A stretch of DNA of 54,774 bases, filler included, from Catajapyx aquilonaris (lineage: Eukaryota): assembly GCA_000934665.2 (NCBI GenBank). It is 3 parts of 3 records of this genome, joined end to end, with 100 filler letters (N's around TTAATTAATTAA, not from the genome) between each part and the next. Parts side by side here need not be neighbours in the genome. Positions count along the whole stretch, not along the records: positions 1 to 18,190 come from JYFJ02006750.1; 2 more parts are not named here. One strand, 5' to 3'. A model generated the notes under the pieces. That model ran no database searches and was not told the origin of the DNA. It saw only the letters and a list, made by a program, of their open reading frames with translations. The translations under genes and the position numbers were made by a program. Numbering within the stretch: the first letter of the stretch is position 1; every line of letters starts with the position of its first letter. Below, piece after piece: positions 1 to 11,279 of this stretch.

Positions 1-1184
1 GTGAAGGAACAATAACGTGAGAGTAGACAGACAACCTACAGGCAGAAGATAAGTCCTTATTTCTAGAAAACTTACTTGTGGCACCTATTACTTTCAACCT
101 AATTAATAATTGACCTGCTCAATTATTGCCTCACTATGCATTTTCCTAGAACTACTTGCCCTGATCTGAAAATATTGGGACACCCCCAAAAAATAGAGTG
201 GTGGGGTTATACACAGGATGTGATAAAAAGTTTCCATTAAGATTATCTGGACTTTAGAATGGATAATTATGAATAGTAACAATTGAGCTAGGAGGATACC
301 AAATTTGAAGTTCATTTGACAGTTAACAACTGAAATAAATACGATTATACCTTGGACAGTGAATTTCTGTGGGGTCTGGTAAAAATTGCTGCCACTATGT
401 TAATTTCTTACTTAGCGGGATGTAAATGTTGATAATGAACCTGAGGGGCCGCACAAACCCAAAAACAGTTATGACATTAATTACAAAAAATCAACAGTTT
501 CAACAGTAGGCTACTCAGTTATTATTTATCTTCGTAATTTCCCCACCATTTGGGAACAATAACGAATGATCACTTCCAGAGCAAATGCACCAGAAGACAT
601 GATGCCACATCAAGACTTCTCAGCTGCAGATCTAATGAGAGGAAACTCATATTCATTTCTTCAAATCGTATGCGGGAAAACAAATCTCCCCCCCTAAAGT
701 TGCACATTTCCCTAGGGAAATGTCAAAAGCATGAAACTTGGGAGGGGAATCATGCTAATAAATCATGGTCTTACATGAATCATGGCGCTGCGTAATGTAT
801 TTGTTGATAGTAAAACACATTGATGAAGAATAGACGTGTCTTTTTGCTTGCTCCTGCACCATTAACAAATTTGTAATTCACTTGGTGAAATTTTGCAGCC
901 AGCAGTCGTACAGTGGACTTCTGCGTGCAAACAGACATGTTTTGCGAATAACAGTTCGATTAGCGAGTTATGTTATGTAACAATCCGTGTCACCCACATT
1001 TTCACGCGTCTTATTCCTATAGAACTGGGATGTGAATAATGAAGGTTTCGCTCCTCTTCGGCGAAACGGGAGTAGGAGGTAGGCTCAAGGATGTCAATCA
1101 AAATATTATTACGGAAGGCCAAGAAGCATAGCACGATTTGTGTGGGTTATGTAACATCTGGTTTGTGCCTTAGATTGGATGTGG

Positions 1185-3041
1185 TCATTTTCTTTCCAGG
1201 TCAGCTCGCATCCCTGAACACCGATTAATGATCACTTCCAGAACAAAGCCAACAACAGACATGATGGCACCTCCTCCAAAGACCATGAAGGCACCAATCA
1301 CTTTGGCGACAGTCAGCTTGTCGTGTCCTTGGCTGGACAATACCTCCAGGTAATGTCTGTTTGCTCTGGTGGAATTCAAGGCATTTAAGTACATAAACAA
1401 ACGTTCGGCTCTTTGCCAAATACCAATGGAATTGTACACCTGGATTTTACGTTGGAAACTATCCGAGTAAGGGCTGTCCTTGGGGAAGACCATCGAAAAA
1501 TATGCATAAAAGAAGTTGCTATTGGACAACAGAACCTTCGATTCTCCTTTTTCGTCGTATAACTCTGGACTTTGCAGGAAACGGAGATGAGAATCCATCA
1601 AGACGCAGGAGTCGTCCCCGTCCAATGTAGTGAGGATGCATTCCATGGTGGTCTCCACCCCGATGCTCTTCTCCAACATTATGTCCATGTCATTTGGCTC
1701 CACTTCCTCGTCAGAAATGACAAACTCCTTTTCCCTCTTATATCGGTTCAAAATGTACATGTCGAAATTGGAATGGACCAGATCTGACGTGGTTTCTGGC
1801 AGGAATTCTTTCCCCGGATTGAGAATAAGAGACAGCAGGTTTGTCTGGTATCCGACTCCAACATTGAAGGCCAAGATTGCCCAGGACACGAGCAGCAGTC
1901 GAAGAGAAGAAGCAGAAGGCACTTCAGGAAACTGCTCGATCATCACCATTGCTGTCCTGGCCAGGTGGGACATGTAGGGACGACGCGTGGTTGCCATCAA
2001 CTTGGATCGACACAGTTCCAGGAGGTAGAGACAAAGAGACACGAAGAATATGGAGAGGACGATCATGGACCAGGTAAGAGGCTGGTAGGGAAGGAGGAAC
2101 ACAGCTGGGCTTAGGACATCCTTTGGTTTCCGGGTGAGGAACGTGAGTCGAGCAAATCTGTGGTAGGATATGAACTCCAAGATGTGCAACCTAAAGATCG
2201 AGTAGATGTACGCAATGGACGGAATGAAGCTAATTTTGCCTGACCTCATATCGTTTAGAGCCTGAAACATTTGGGTGGCGTTGGCGGCATCGACAGCTGT
2301 CACGTCCCAGGTGAAGTTGAGGGCATCTTGCAAGAAGCACATCTGATCGATCATTATAGTCACCAAATCACTGCATTGGGATGGATCCACGCGTACATCT
2401 GACACACCTTTCAGATGCCTTTTTCGAAAGTTGTCCTCTGCGTTGGGAAGGGTGTCCTGCACATGAGGAACATTCTTCAGGAGCTGAATGGTGTCCCTTC
2501 CAGGCTCGCAGTGGAAAGAGTCCGTGCTCACCATCAACCCATCTTTGGAGTCAAAGTGAAGAGCCAACTTGAACTTCACCTTTATCAAATGCAGCCTCAT
2601 GAAATGGTCCCGAAAGTCATTGTCCCTCACCCAAACCACGAACAAGTCCTTTGTTTTGCGAACACTGGCTCGTTTGTAGAGATCTGTCATTGTTTTGTCA
2701 AGTGTGTCCATGCATGTCGTGACGAAGTGAACTGCGCAGTTACATGTACTCTTCAGCTCATCTTCGTCATCTTCGTCGTCTTCATCGCCTTCTTCGACAA
2801 CACCCGTGCAGTTGAAGCGCGTCCTTTGGACAGATTGAAGCACCACAAGTGGTCTGTCCTGATCTGCCAGAAGTGTCTGCAGCGAAGGGTGAATCCCTTC
2901 CCAAAGGTCGTGGCTGATGACAAGAGAGCAAGTGACATCCACTTGATCCAACACACCGGACAAGTACTGGGTCACTTTTGACACTGGGTCTGTCCGATTC
3001 ACTAAAACCAGTGAGGTGAAGAGCGCCATCCAGGTCTCCAT
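1185..3041 (-). CDS. Divergent ionotropic receptor (variant iGluR), tandem copy 1, intronless, 618 aa
   Basis: Single long ORF. S1 end 'FLTRKP', pre-M1/M1 'LLPYQPLTWSMIVLSIFFVSLCLYLL', pore 'MIEQF', M2 'SLRLLLVSW..GYQTNLLSLI..P', S2 'SMVFPKDSPY..F..KIQ....GIW', last TM 'KLTVAKVIGAFMVFGGG..S..GFVLE'. These are IR/iGluR hallmarks. Confidence 0.93.
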   Translation of the reverse strand: METWMALFTSLVLVNRTDPVSKVTQYLSGVLDQVDVTCSLVISHDLWEGIHPSLQTLLADQDRPLVVLQSVQRTRFNCTGVVEEGDEDDEDDEDELKSTCNCAVHFVTTCMDTLDKTMTDLYKRASVRKTKDLFVVWVRDNDFRDHFMRLHLIKVKFKLALHFDSKDGLMVSTDSFHCEPGRDTIQLLKNVPHVQDTLPNAEDNFRKRHLKGVSDVRVDPSQCSDLVTIMIDQMCFLQDALNFTWDVTAVDAANATQMFQALNDMRSGKISFIPSIAYIYSIFRLHILEFISYHRFARLTFLTRKPKDVLSPAVFLLPYQPLTWSMIVLSIFFVSLCLYLLELCRSKLMATTRRPYMSHLARTAMVMIEQFPEVPSASSLRLLLVSWAILAFNVGVGYQTNLLSLILNPGKEFLPETTSDLVHSNFDMYILNRYKREKEFVISDEEVEPNDMDIMLEKSIGVETTMECILTTLDGDDSCVLMDSHLRFLQSPELYDEKGESKVLLSNSNFFYAYFSMVFPKDSPYSDSFQRKIQVYNSIGIWQRAERLFMYLNALNSTRANRHYLEVLSSQGHDKLTVAKVIGAFMVFGGGAIMSVVGFVLEVIINRCSGMRADLERK

Positions 3042-3066
3042 GGCTTTTCACCTGGTGACACGGGGC

Positions 3067-3100
3067 CAACTGCAAGGATGACAAACGTGCGACTGACTGA
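3067..3100 (-). promoter_or_regulatory. Candidate Inr+DPE core promoter (or 3' splice site) upstream of the IR ATG, repeated before all four tandem copies
   Basis: Minus strand TCAGTC (Inr, A+1=3098) with AGTTG (RGWYV) exactly at +28..+32. The same motif precedes copies 2-4. It also reads as tttgtcatccttgcag, an acceptor-like site. Confidence 0.35.
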
Positions 3101-5292
3101 ACAAAATCTATTCCTTGCAGAAGCTCAGGTGCGTTGCATAACCATATACCGCTTCTATTGACACCAGTGCTTACGTAACACCCCATCAAGGCGGTTCCTG
3201 AGGTATTGAAGGCACGGGGGCGACACAATATCGAAAGATTCCAAGCCGTAATAATGGTCTTGAGGGCGGCTACAGATAATTATGATGATCTATATACCCG
3301 TCGACCGTCTGCCCCACATTGAAGTCGATAAGTGTGCTGGACCACCCTGTAGATGATGTACGATGCATTCTTAAAATGATGTGAGGCATTTATTTCATAC
3401 AAAGAGCTTTGAATATGATAGACGTACTACCCTGAATGTGCAGCAATGTTTTCAAAAGTGACAAAGCAACCTGATAAAGTGTGTTTTACCATGTGCACGT
3501 TTTATGTCAGTGGTATTTCTTTCATAAAATCTAACAAACCCAGGCTTCATTCATTCCCTATGGATATTGCGAGAATCGAGGTCTTCATTACATTTTCATC
3601 TGCATATTTCGGACGTCGAAGAAACCCTCCCGTAATTAAGAATAAATTATTTGCACTCCAAGTTGACAGGCATCATTGGCTGTAATGTACTCGTACGTCA
3701 ATTAACTTAGCACAATCCCTTCTTAATGAAATGAGCATGATCCGCATGCAGTACTATAATATTATGCTGACTTGTACCGACCTGTTTGCCTCTGGTGTAT
3801 TCAACGTAGTATGAATGCAGATCACACAAGAAAACATCCGATTATGCAGTCCCATCGGCATATTTAAATTACAATATGTGCTAAATTTTTCTTTGAGTTC
3901 ACATAGCCGTACTGACTCTGAGTGTTGGGAAATGTGTTACTGGATGTAATTAACTGGCTCATAAGAAATGTAACTGTGATGATTAAAGTGATGATTCAGA
4001 AGGTTCACTTATTTCACCTTTATAATAATTATGAAAGACAGAGACCTCAGACCTGTATGAAAAATGCGGGAAAATGTCATTGCCTTTTCACGTCAAGATG
4101 ACACGTCACGTGAAGATGGCAAGAAGGCTGGTTCTCCTTGGCTATCATGAAAATTACATAAAAAATATTACATTTATTTACATACATTTCATACACATAA
4201 ATTACGTGTTACATTTACTTGCATCACATATAATTGGCGACATAAATTTCTCCTCAAAACGACCATTAAAAATTAACCAGCAAACCATGTGTACCAGTAG
4301 AATACTCCCCTGCGAATGAGCAGGGATCATTTGAAACTACTGTTCCTGTTTTAATAATGTTTGCATAAAGAAGTAGTTTTGTGCGAAAAGTAGGTGACTA
4401 CAGAAGTGGCGCTAGGATACATTCGTACTCTTGGACATGACGCTGCTTGGTACTTTAATTGATTTAATTACACCCTTGGGTCATTCTAAATTTACTTGCA
4501 CTTTTCGTGCCCTGAAAATGAAAAATTATTTTCTTGTCAGCCTTTAGTTGCTTTTATGCCATGTTAAGTACTATCACTTTTTAGAACATCTTATAAAATG
4601 TATCAAATTAGTTTTATATCTTATTGATGGGGGAAAAAATCTTTGACGCCGCTGCGTTCTCTCAGTGTCCGTGACGACATTTCTTTGGGAATAATTATAC
4701 TGTTTACGTAGTTCTGTGACATTATTTACTCACCTGTAAGCATTCTATCTTCATAGAAGACACTGTCGAAAACAAGTTATTACAAAAATCAATTATTGAA
4801 AACCATTTTTTGTGTACACTTTTCGCTGGAAAAGTGCTGTCCGGAGTTTGCGCAGCATCTGTCTTATAGCCTGTGTTACGACTTGTGCAGTTTTCAATAA
4901 TTCTTATAACAAGATGGCGGCAATGGACAGAAGTGATGTTCAGAAAGGCCAAAAAAAATCCCAGCAGCCATATTGGAATATGTCGTGTGAACATCGGGCA
5001 CAGTGGGATTGCGATACTGTTTTGCACGTGCGTCTTCTTTCTCTGTATGATAGCCTGTGTTATCGATTTCTGGTAGCATTTATGTTGATATTTTGGAAAA
5101 GTTATATCCCTCACATGTACAGATTTGGTACCCCTATCAGCAGGTAAAGTGACTAATAATTTCAGTTACAAAATCCTGCAGCCACAAAAATTATTTTTAA
5201 TTATGCTTCCTATATGTGGTAAGGCTCAAGGATGTCAATTAAAATATTATTACGTAAGGCCAAGACGCATAGCACGATTTGTGGGTTATGTA

Positions 5293-7170
5293 TCATCTGG
5301 TTTGTGCCTTAGATGGATGTGGCCATTTTCTTTCCAGGTCAGTTCGCATACCTGAACACCGATTAATGATCACTTCCAGAACAAAGGCAACAACAGACAC
5401 GATGGCACCTCCTCCAAAGACCATGAAGGCTCCAATCACACTGGATAGAGTCAGCTTGTCATGTCCTTCGCTGGACAATACCTCCAGGTAATGTCTGTTT
5501 GCTCTGGTGGAATTCAAGGCATTTATGTACATAAAAAAACGTTCGGCCCTTTGCCCAATGCCAATGGAATTGTACACCTGGATTTTTCGTTCGAAACTGT
5601 ACGAGTAAGGGCTGTCCTTGATGAAGGCCATCGAAAAATATGTACACAAAAAGTTGCTATTGGACAGCAAAACCTTCGATTCTCCTTTTTCGTCGTATAA
5701 CTCTGGACTTAGCAGGAAACGGAGGTGATAATCCATCAAGACGCAAGAGTCGTCCCCATCCAACGTAGTAAGGATGCATTCCATGGTGGTCTCTACCCCG
5801 ATGCTCTTCTCCAACGTTATATCCAGGTCATTTGGCTCCACTTCCTCGTCAGAAATTACAAACTCTTTTTCCCTCTTATACACGTTCAAAATGTACATGT
5901 CGAAATTGGAATGGACCAGCTCTGACGTGGTTTCCGGCAGGATTTCTTTACTCGGACTGAGAATATGAGACAGCAGATCTTTCTTGTACCCGACTCCAAC
6001 AATGAATGCGAAGATTGCCCAGGACACGAGCAGCATTCGAAGACAAGAAGCAGAAGGCACTTCAGGAAACTGCTCGATCATCACCATTGCCGTCCTGGCC
6101 AGGTGGGACAAGTAGGAACGACGCGTGGTTGCCATCAACTTGGATCGACGCACTTCCAGCAGGAAGAGACAAAGAGATACGAAGAATATGAAGAGGACGA
6201 TCATGGACCAGGTAAGAGGCTGGTAGGGAAGGAGGAATACTGCTGGGCTCAGCATATCCTTGGGTTTCCGAGTGAGGAACGTGAGTCGACCAAATCTGTG
6301 GTAGGATATGAACTCCAAGATGTGCAACCTAAAGATCGAGTAGACGTTCGCAATGGACGGAAAGAAGCTAATTTTGCCTGACCTCATATCGTTTAGGGCC
6401 TGAAACACTTGGGTGGCGTTGGCGGCATCGACAGCTGTCACGTCCCAGGTGAAGTTGAGGGCATCTTGCAAGAAGCACATCTGAGGGATCATTATAGTCA
6501 CCAAATCACTGCATTGGGATGGATCCATGGGGAAATCTGACACACCTTTCAGATGCCTTTTCCGAAAGTTGTCCTCTGCGTTGGGAAGCTTGTCCTGCAC
6601 ATGAGGAACATTCTTCAGGAGTTGAATTTGGTCTCTTCCAGACTCGCAGTGGAAGCAGTCCGTGCTCACAATCAACTCATCTTCGGAGTCCAAGTGAAGA
6701 GCCAACTTGAACTTCACCTTTATCAAATGCAGCCTCATGAAATGGTCCTGAAAGTGGTTGTCCCTCACCCAAACCACGAACAAATCCTTTGTTTTGCGAA
6801 CACTGGCTCGTTTGTAGAGATCTGTCATTGTTTTGTCCAGTGTGTCCATGCATGTCGTGACGAAGTGAACTGCGCAGTTACATGTACTCTTCAGCTCATC
6901 TTCGTCTTCTTCGTTGTCTTCTTCGACAACACCCGTGCAGTTGAAGCGCGTCCTTTGGACAGATTGCAGCACCACGACTGGCCTGTCCTGATCTGCCAGA
7001 AGTGTCTGCAGCGAAGGGTGAATCCCTTCCCAAAGGTCGTGGCTGATGACAAGAGAGCAAGTGACATCCACTTGATCCAAGACACCGGACAAGTACTGGG
7101 TCACCTTTGACACTGGGTCTGTCCGATTCACTAAAACCAGTGAGGTGAAGAGCGCCATCCAGGTCTCCAT
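5293..7170 (-). CDS. Divergent ionotropic receptor, tandem copy 2, 625 aa (ancestral TGA changed to TGG, adding a 10-aa tail)
   Basis: Near-identical paralog of copy 1 with the same IR motifs. Ends ERK-WPHPSKAQTR where copies 1 and 3 end ERK-stop. Confidence 0.93.
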   Translation of the reverse strand: METWMALFTSLVLVNRTDPVSKVTQYLSGVLDQVDVTCSLVISHDLWEGIHPSLQTLLADQDRPVVVLQSVQRTRFNCTGVVEEDNEEDEDELKSTCNCAVHFVTTCMDTLDKTMTDLYKRASVRKTKDLFVVWVRDNHFQDHFMRLHLIKVKFKLALHLDSEDELIVSTDCFHCESGRDQIQLLKNVPHVQDKLPNAEDNFRKRHLKGVSDFPMDPSQCSDLVTIMIPQMCFLQDALNFTWDVTAVDAANATQVFQALNDMRSGKISFFPSIANVYSIFRLHILEFISYHRFGRLTFLTRKPKDMLSPAVFLLPYQPLTWSMIVLFIFFVSLCLFLLEVRRSKLMATTRRSYLSHLARTAMVMIEQFPEVPSASCLRMLLVSWAIFAFIVGVGYKKDLLSHILSPSKEILPETTSELVHSNFDMYILNVYKREKEFVISDEEVEPNDLDITLEKSIGVETTMECILTTLDGDDSCVLMDYHLRFLLSPELYDEKGESKVLLSNSNFLCTYFSMAFIKDSPYSYSFERKIQVYNSIGIGQRAERFFMYINALNSTRANRHYLEVLSSEGHDKLTLSSVIGAFMVFGGGAIVSVVAFVLEVIINRCSGMRTDLERKWPHPSKAQTR

Positions 7171-8251
7171 GGCTTTTCTCCTGGTGACACGGGGCCAACT
7201 GCAAGGATGAAAAACGTGCGACTGACTGAAATAAAATCCATTCCTTCCCGAAGCTCAGGTGTGTTGCATGACCATAATTATATCGCTTCAGTTGACACCA
7301 GTGATGCTTACGTGACACCCCATCAAGGCGGTTCCTGTGGTATTTAAGACACGGAGGCCACACATGTCGGAAAATTCCATGAAGTAATAATGTTCTAGAG
7401 GGCGGCAACAGAATAATTATGACGATCTACCCGTCTACAGTCTGCCCCTGGACAATCCTGTAGATGTATGATGCATTCTATTTTTTATCATGTTAGGCAT
7501 TTATTTCATACAAAGGCTTTGAATATGATAAACGTAGGCTACCTTTAATGTGCTGCAATGTTTTCGAAATGACAAAGCAACCTGATAAAGCGCATATTAA
7601 GCATGTTATGCACGTTTTATGTCAGATGTATTTTTTTCATAAAATCTAACAAACCCCGCCTTCATTCATTGCCAATGGACATTGCGAGAATCAAGCTCTA
7701 CATTACATTTTTGCATATTGCTGACGTCGAAGAAACCCTCCCGTTATTAGGAATAAATTATTTGCACTCCAAGTTGGCAGCCATCATTGGCTGTAATGTA
7801 CGTCTATCAGCTTAGCACAATCCCTTCTTAATGAAATGAGCATGATCCGCATGCAGTATAATTATGCTAACTTGTACCGACCTGTTTGCCTCTGGTGTAT
7901 TCAATACTGACACAGTAGTATGAATGCAGATTGCACAAAAAATCATCCGATTATGTATTCCCATCGGCATATTTAAATTACGTAATTTGTTAAATTTTTC
8001 TTTGAGTTCACATAGCCGTACTTCTGAGTGTTGGGAAATGTGTTACTTAAGAATGATATTAAATACACACATGTATGAATTAAATGCCTCGCTTAATTTA
8101 TATAAGAAATATAACTTTCAGAAGGTTCATTTATTTCATCTTTATAATAAATTATGAAAACAGAGACCCGGACGAAAAATTCGGAAAAATGCCGTTGCCT
8201 TTTCACGTGAAGGTGACAAGTCCTGTGACTGGTTCTCATTGGCTTTCATAA

Positions 8252-8643
8252 AAATTACATTTAATGACATTACATTTATTTACATCCATTTCATACACAT
8301 AAATTACATTTAATGACATTACATTTATTTACATCCATTTCATACACATAAATTACATTTAATGACATTACATTTATTTACATCCATTTCATACACATAA
8401 ATTACATTTAATGACATTACATTTATTTACATCCATTTCATACACATAAATTACATTTAATGACATTACATTTATTTACATACATTTCATACACATAAAT
8501 TACATTTAATGACATTACATTTATTTACATCCATTTCATACACATAAATTACATTTAATGACATTACATTTATTTACATACATTTCATACACATAAATTA
8601 CATTTAATGACATTACATTTATTTACATCCATTTCATACACAT
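8252..8643. repeat. 49-bp minisatellite, 8 tandem copies
   Basis: Unit aaattacatttaatgacattacatttatttacatccatttcatacacat at 8252, 8301, 8350 ... 8595. Followed by a 29-bp duplication (~8653-8710). Single-copy homolog at ~4152-4200. Confidence 0.95.
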
Positions 8644-9422
8644 AAATTTCATGTTACATACATTTAATACACATATATTGCGTTACATACATTTAATACA
8701 CATATATTGCGTTACATGCATTTATTTACATATACACATAAATTACATGTTACATTTACTTGCGTCACATTTAATTGGCGACATAAATCTGCTCGAAGCG
8801 ACCATTAAAAATAAACCAGCAAACCATGCGTACTAGTAGCAATATTAAGTGCAAGAATACTCCCTTGAAAGAGCAGGAATAATTATTTGAAACTACTGTA
8901 TACCTATTCCTTTTGGATTTAATGTTTTAATAATGATTGTTTGAAGAAGTACTTTTGTGCAAAAATTAGGTGACTATACAAAAGTGGCGCTAGGATACAT
9001 TCGCACTCTTGGACGTGACGCTGCTTGGCACTTTAAGTGATTTAATTACACACTTGAACGTCAGAGGACATATGGATCATTATAAATAATTATTTACTTG
9101 CACTTTTCATGCACTGAACATGAATAATAATTTTCTTGCCAGCCTTTAGTTGGTTTACTCCATGTTACTATCACTTTTTAGAACATCTTATTCAGTCATT
9201 TAAAATGTATCAAATTAGTTCTATATCTTATTGATGGAAAAAAGCAGCATCGCTTTTGTCGTGAAATGTGGTTGTGCAGTCATTTAACTCCGAATAACCT
9301 TTTGGTGAACGTGACTATCAAAGTCATCGGTAATGTGCCTTAAATTGATGTATGCAGCCTTTGCCATGTCAAAATCATTTGTGGGTTATGTAACATCTGG
9401 TTTGTTCCTTAGATGGATGTGA

Positions 9423-11279
9423 TCATTTTCTTTCCAGGTCAGCTTGCATACTTGAACGCCACTTAATGATCACTTCAACAGAAAATGCAACAACAGACAC
9501 GATGGCACCTCCTCCAAAGACCATGAAGGCTCCAATCACTCTGGATAGAGTCAGCTTGTCATGTCCTTCGCTGGACAATACCTCCAGGTAATGTCTGTTT
9601 GCTCTGGTGGAATTCAAGGCATTTATGTACATAAACAAACGTTCGGCCCTTTGCCCAATACCAATGGAATGGAACACCTGGATTTTGCGTTCGAAACTGT
9701 CCGAGTAAGGGCTGTCCTTGGGGAAGGCCATCGACAAATATGCCCATCCAAAGTTGCTATTGGACAACAGAACCGTCGATTCTCCATTTTCGTCGTATAA
9801 CTTTGGATTTTGCAGGTAACGGAACTCATAATCCATCAAGACGCAAGAGTCGTCGTCCCCATCCAACGTAGTGAAGATGCATTCCACAGTGGTCTCCACT
9901 CCGATGCTCTTCTCCAACATTATGTCATTGTCATTTGGCTCCTCGTCAGAAACTATTATCGCCCTTGCCCCCTTATATAAGTTCTTGATGTACATGTCGA
10001 AATTGGAGTGGACCAGATCTGACGTGGTTTCTGGGAGGATTTCTTTCCTCGGATTGAGAATAAGAGACAGCAGGTCTGTCTTATACCCGACTCCAACATT
10101 GAAGGCCAAGATTGTCCAGGACACGAGCAGCAGTCGAAGAGAATAAGCAGAAGGCACTTCAGGAAACTGCTCGATCATCACCATTGCTGTCCTGGCCAGG
10201 TGGGACAAGTAGGAACGACGCGTGGTTGCCATCAACTTGGATCGACACATTTCCAGGAGGTAGAGACAAAGAGACACGAAGAATATGGAGAGGACGATCA
10301 TGGACCAGGTAAGAGGCTGGTAGGGAAGGAGGAACACTGCTGGGCTTAGGACATCCTTGGGTTTCCGGGTGAGGAACGTGAGTCGACCAAATCTGTGGTA
10401 GGATGTGAACTCCAAGATGTGCAACCTAAAGATCGGGTAGACGGTCGCAAGGGACGGAAAGAAGCTAATTTTGCCTGACATTATATCGTTTAGGGCCTGA
10501 AACACTTGGGTGGCGTTGGCGGCATCTAAAACTGTCACGTCCCAGGTGAAGTTGAGGGCATGTTGCAAGAAGCACATGTAAGGGATCTTTATAGTCGCAA
10601 AATCACTGCATTCGGATGGATCCTTGCGTACCTCCGACACACCTTTCAGATGCCTTTTCCGAAAGTTGTCCTCTGCGTTGGGAAGCGTGTCCTGGACATG
10701 AGGAACATTCTCCAGGAGCTGAATGGTCGTGTGACCTCCAGACTTGCAGTGGAAGCAGTCCGTGCTCACCATCAACTCATCTTTGGAGTCAAAGTGAAGA
10801 GCCAACTTGAACTTCACCTTGGTCAAATGCAGCCTCATGAAATGGTCCTGAAAATGGTTGTCCCTCACCCAAACCACGAACAAATCCTTTGTTTTGCGAA
10901 CATTGGCTCGTTTGTAGAGATCTGTGATTGTTTGGTCAAGTGTGTCCATGCATGTCGTGACGAAGTGAACTGCGCAGTTACATGTACTCTTCAGCTCATC
11001 TTCGTCATCTTCGTCGTCTTCATCGCCTTCTTCGACAACACCCGTGCAGTTGAAGCGTGTCCTTTGGACAGATTGAAGCACCACAACTGGTCTGTCCTGA
11101 TCTGCCAGAAGTGTCTGCAGCGAAGGGTGAATCCCTTCCCAAAGGTCGTGGCTGATGACAAGAGAGCAAGTGACATCCACTTGATCCAACACACCGGACA
11201 AGTACTGGGTCACTTTTGACACTGGGTCTGTCCGATTCACTAAAACCAGTGAGGTGAAGAGTGCCATCCAGGTCTCCAT
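9423..11279 (-). CDS. Divergent ionotropic receptor, tandem copy 3, 618 aa
   Basis: Intact paralog with the same N-terminus (METWMALFTSLVLVNRTDP) and IR TM/pore motifs. Confidence 0.93.
   Translation of the reverse strand: METWMALFTSLVLVNRTDPVSKVTQYLSGVLDQVDVTCSLVISHDLWEGIHPSLQTLLADQDRPVVVLQSVQRTRFNCTGVVEEGDEDDEDDEDELKSTCNCAVHFVTTCMDTLDQTITDLYKRANVRKTKDLFVVWVRDNHFQDHFMRLHLTKVKFKLALHFDSKDELMVSTDCFHCKSGGHTTIQLLENVPHVQDTLPNAEDNFRKRHLKGVSEVRKDPSECSDFATIKIPYMCFLQHALNFTWDVTVLDAANATQVFQALNDIMSGKISFFPSLATVYPIFRLHILEFTSYHRFGRLTFLTRKPKDVLSPAVFLLPYQPLTWSMIVLSIFFVSLCLYLLEMCRSKLMATTRRSYLSHLARTAMVMIEQFPEVPSAYSLRLLLVSWTILAFNVGVGYKTDLLSLILNPRKEILPETTSDLVHSNFDMYIKNLYKGARAIIVSDEEPNDNDIMLEKSIGVETTVECIFTTLDGDDDSCVLMDYEFRYLQNPKLYDENGESTVLLSNSNFGWAYLSMAFPKDSPYSDSFERKIQVFHSIGIGQRAERLFMYINALNSTRANRHYLEVLSSEGHDKLTLSRVIGAFMVFGGGAIVSVVAFSVEVIIKWRSSMQADLERK

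Noticed and set aside
2415..2981. Antisense ORFs of 185-239 aa repeated in each IR copy (also 6553, 10560, 15121)
   Set aside because: Shadow frames of the IR coding strand. They recur only because the copies are near-identical, and their starts vary.
2782..3228. Overlapping upstream minus-strand ORFs before the IR ATGs (also 6896, 11020, 15641)
   Set aside because: Start, length and frame upstream are not conserved among copies; no recognisable domain.
4722..5147. ORFs of 111-130 aa in the spacer (paralog 12491-12859)
   Set aside because: Indels between the two copies break the frames; no protein-level signature.
8252..8643. CRISPR-like array
   Set aside because: Head-to-tail identical units with no unique spacers, no cas genes, and a eukaryotic context.
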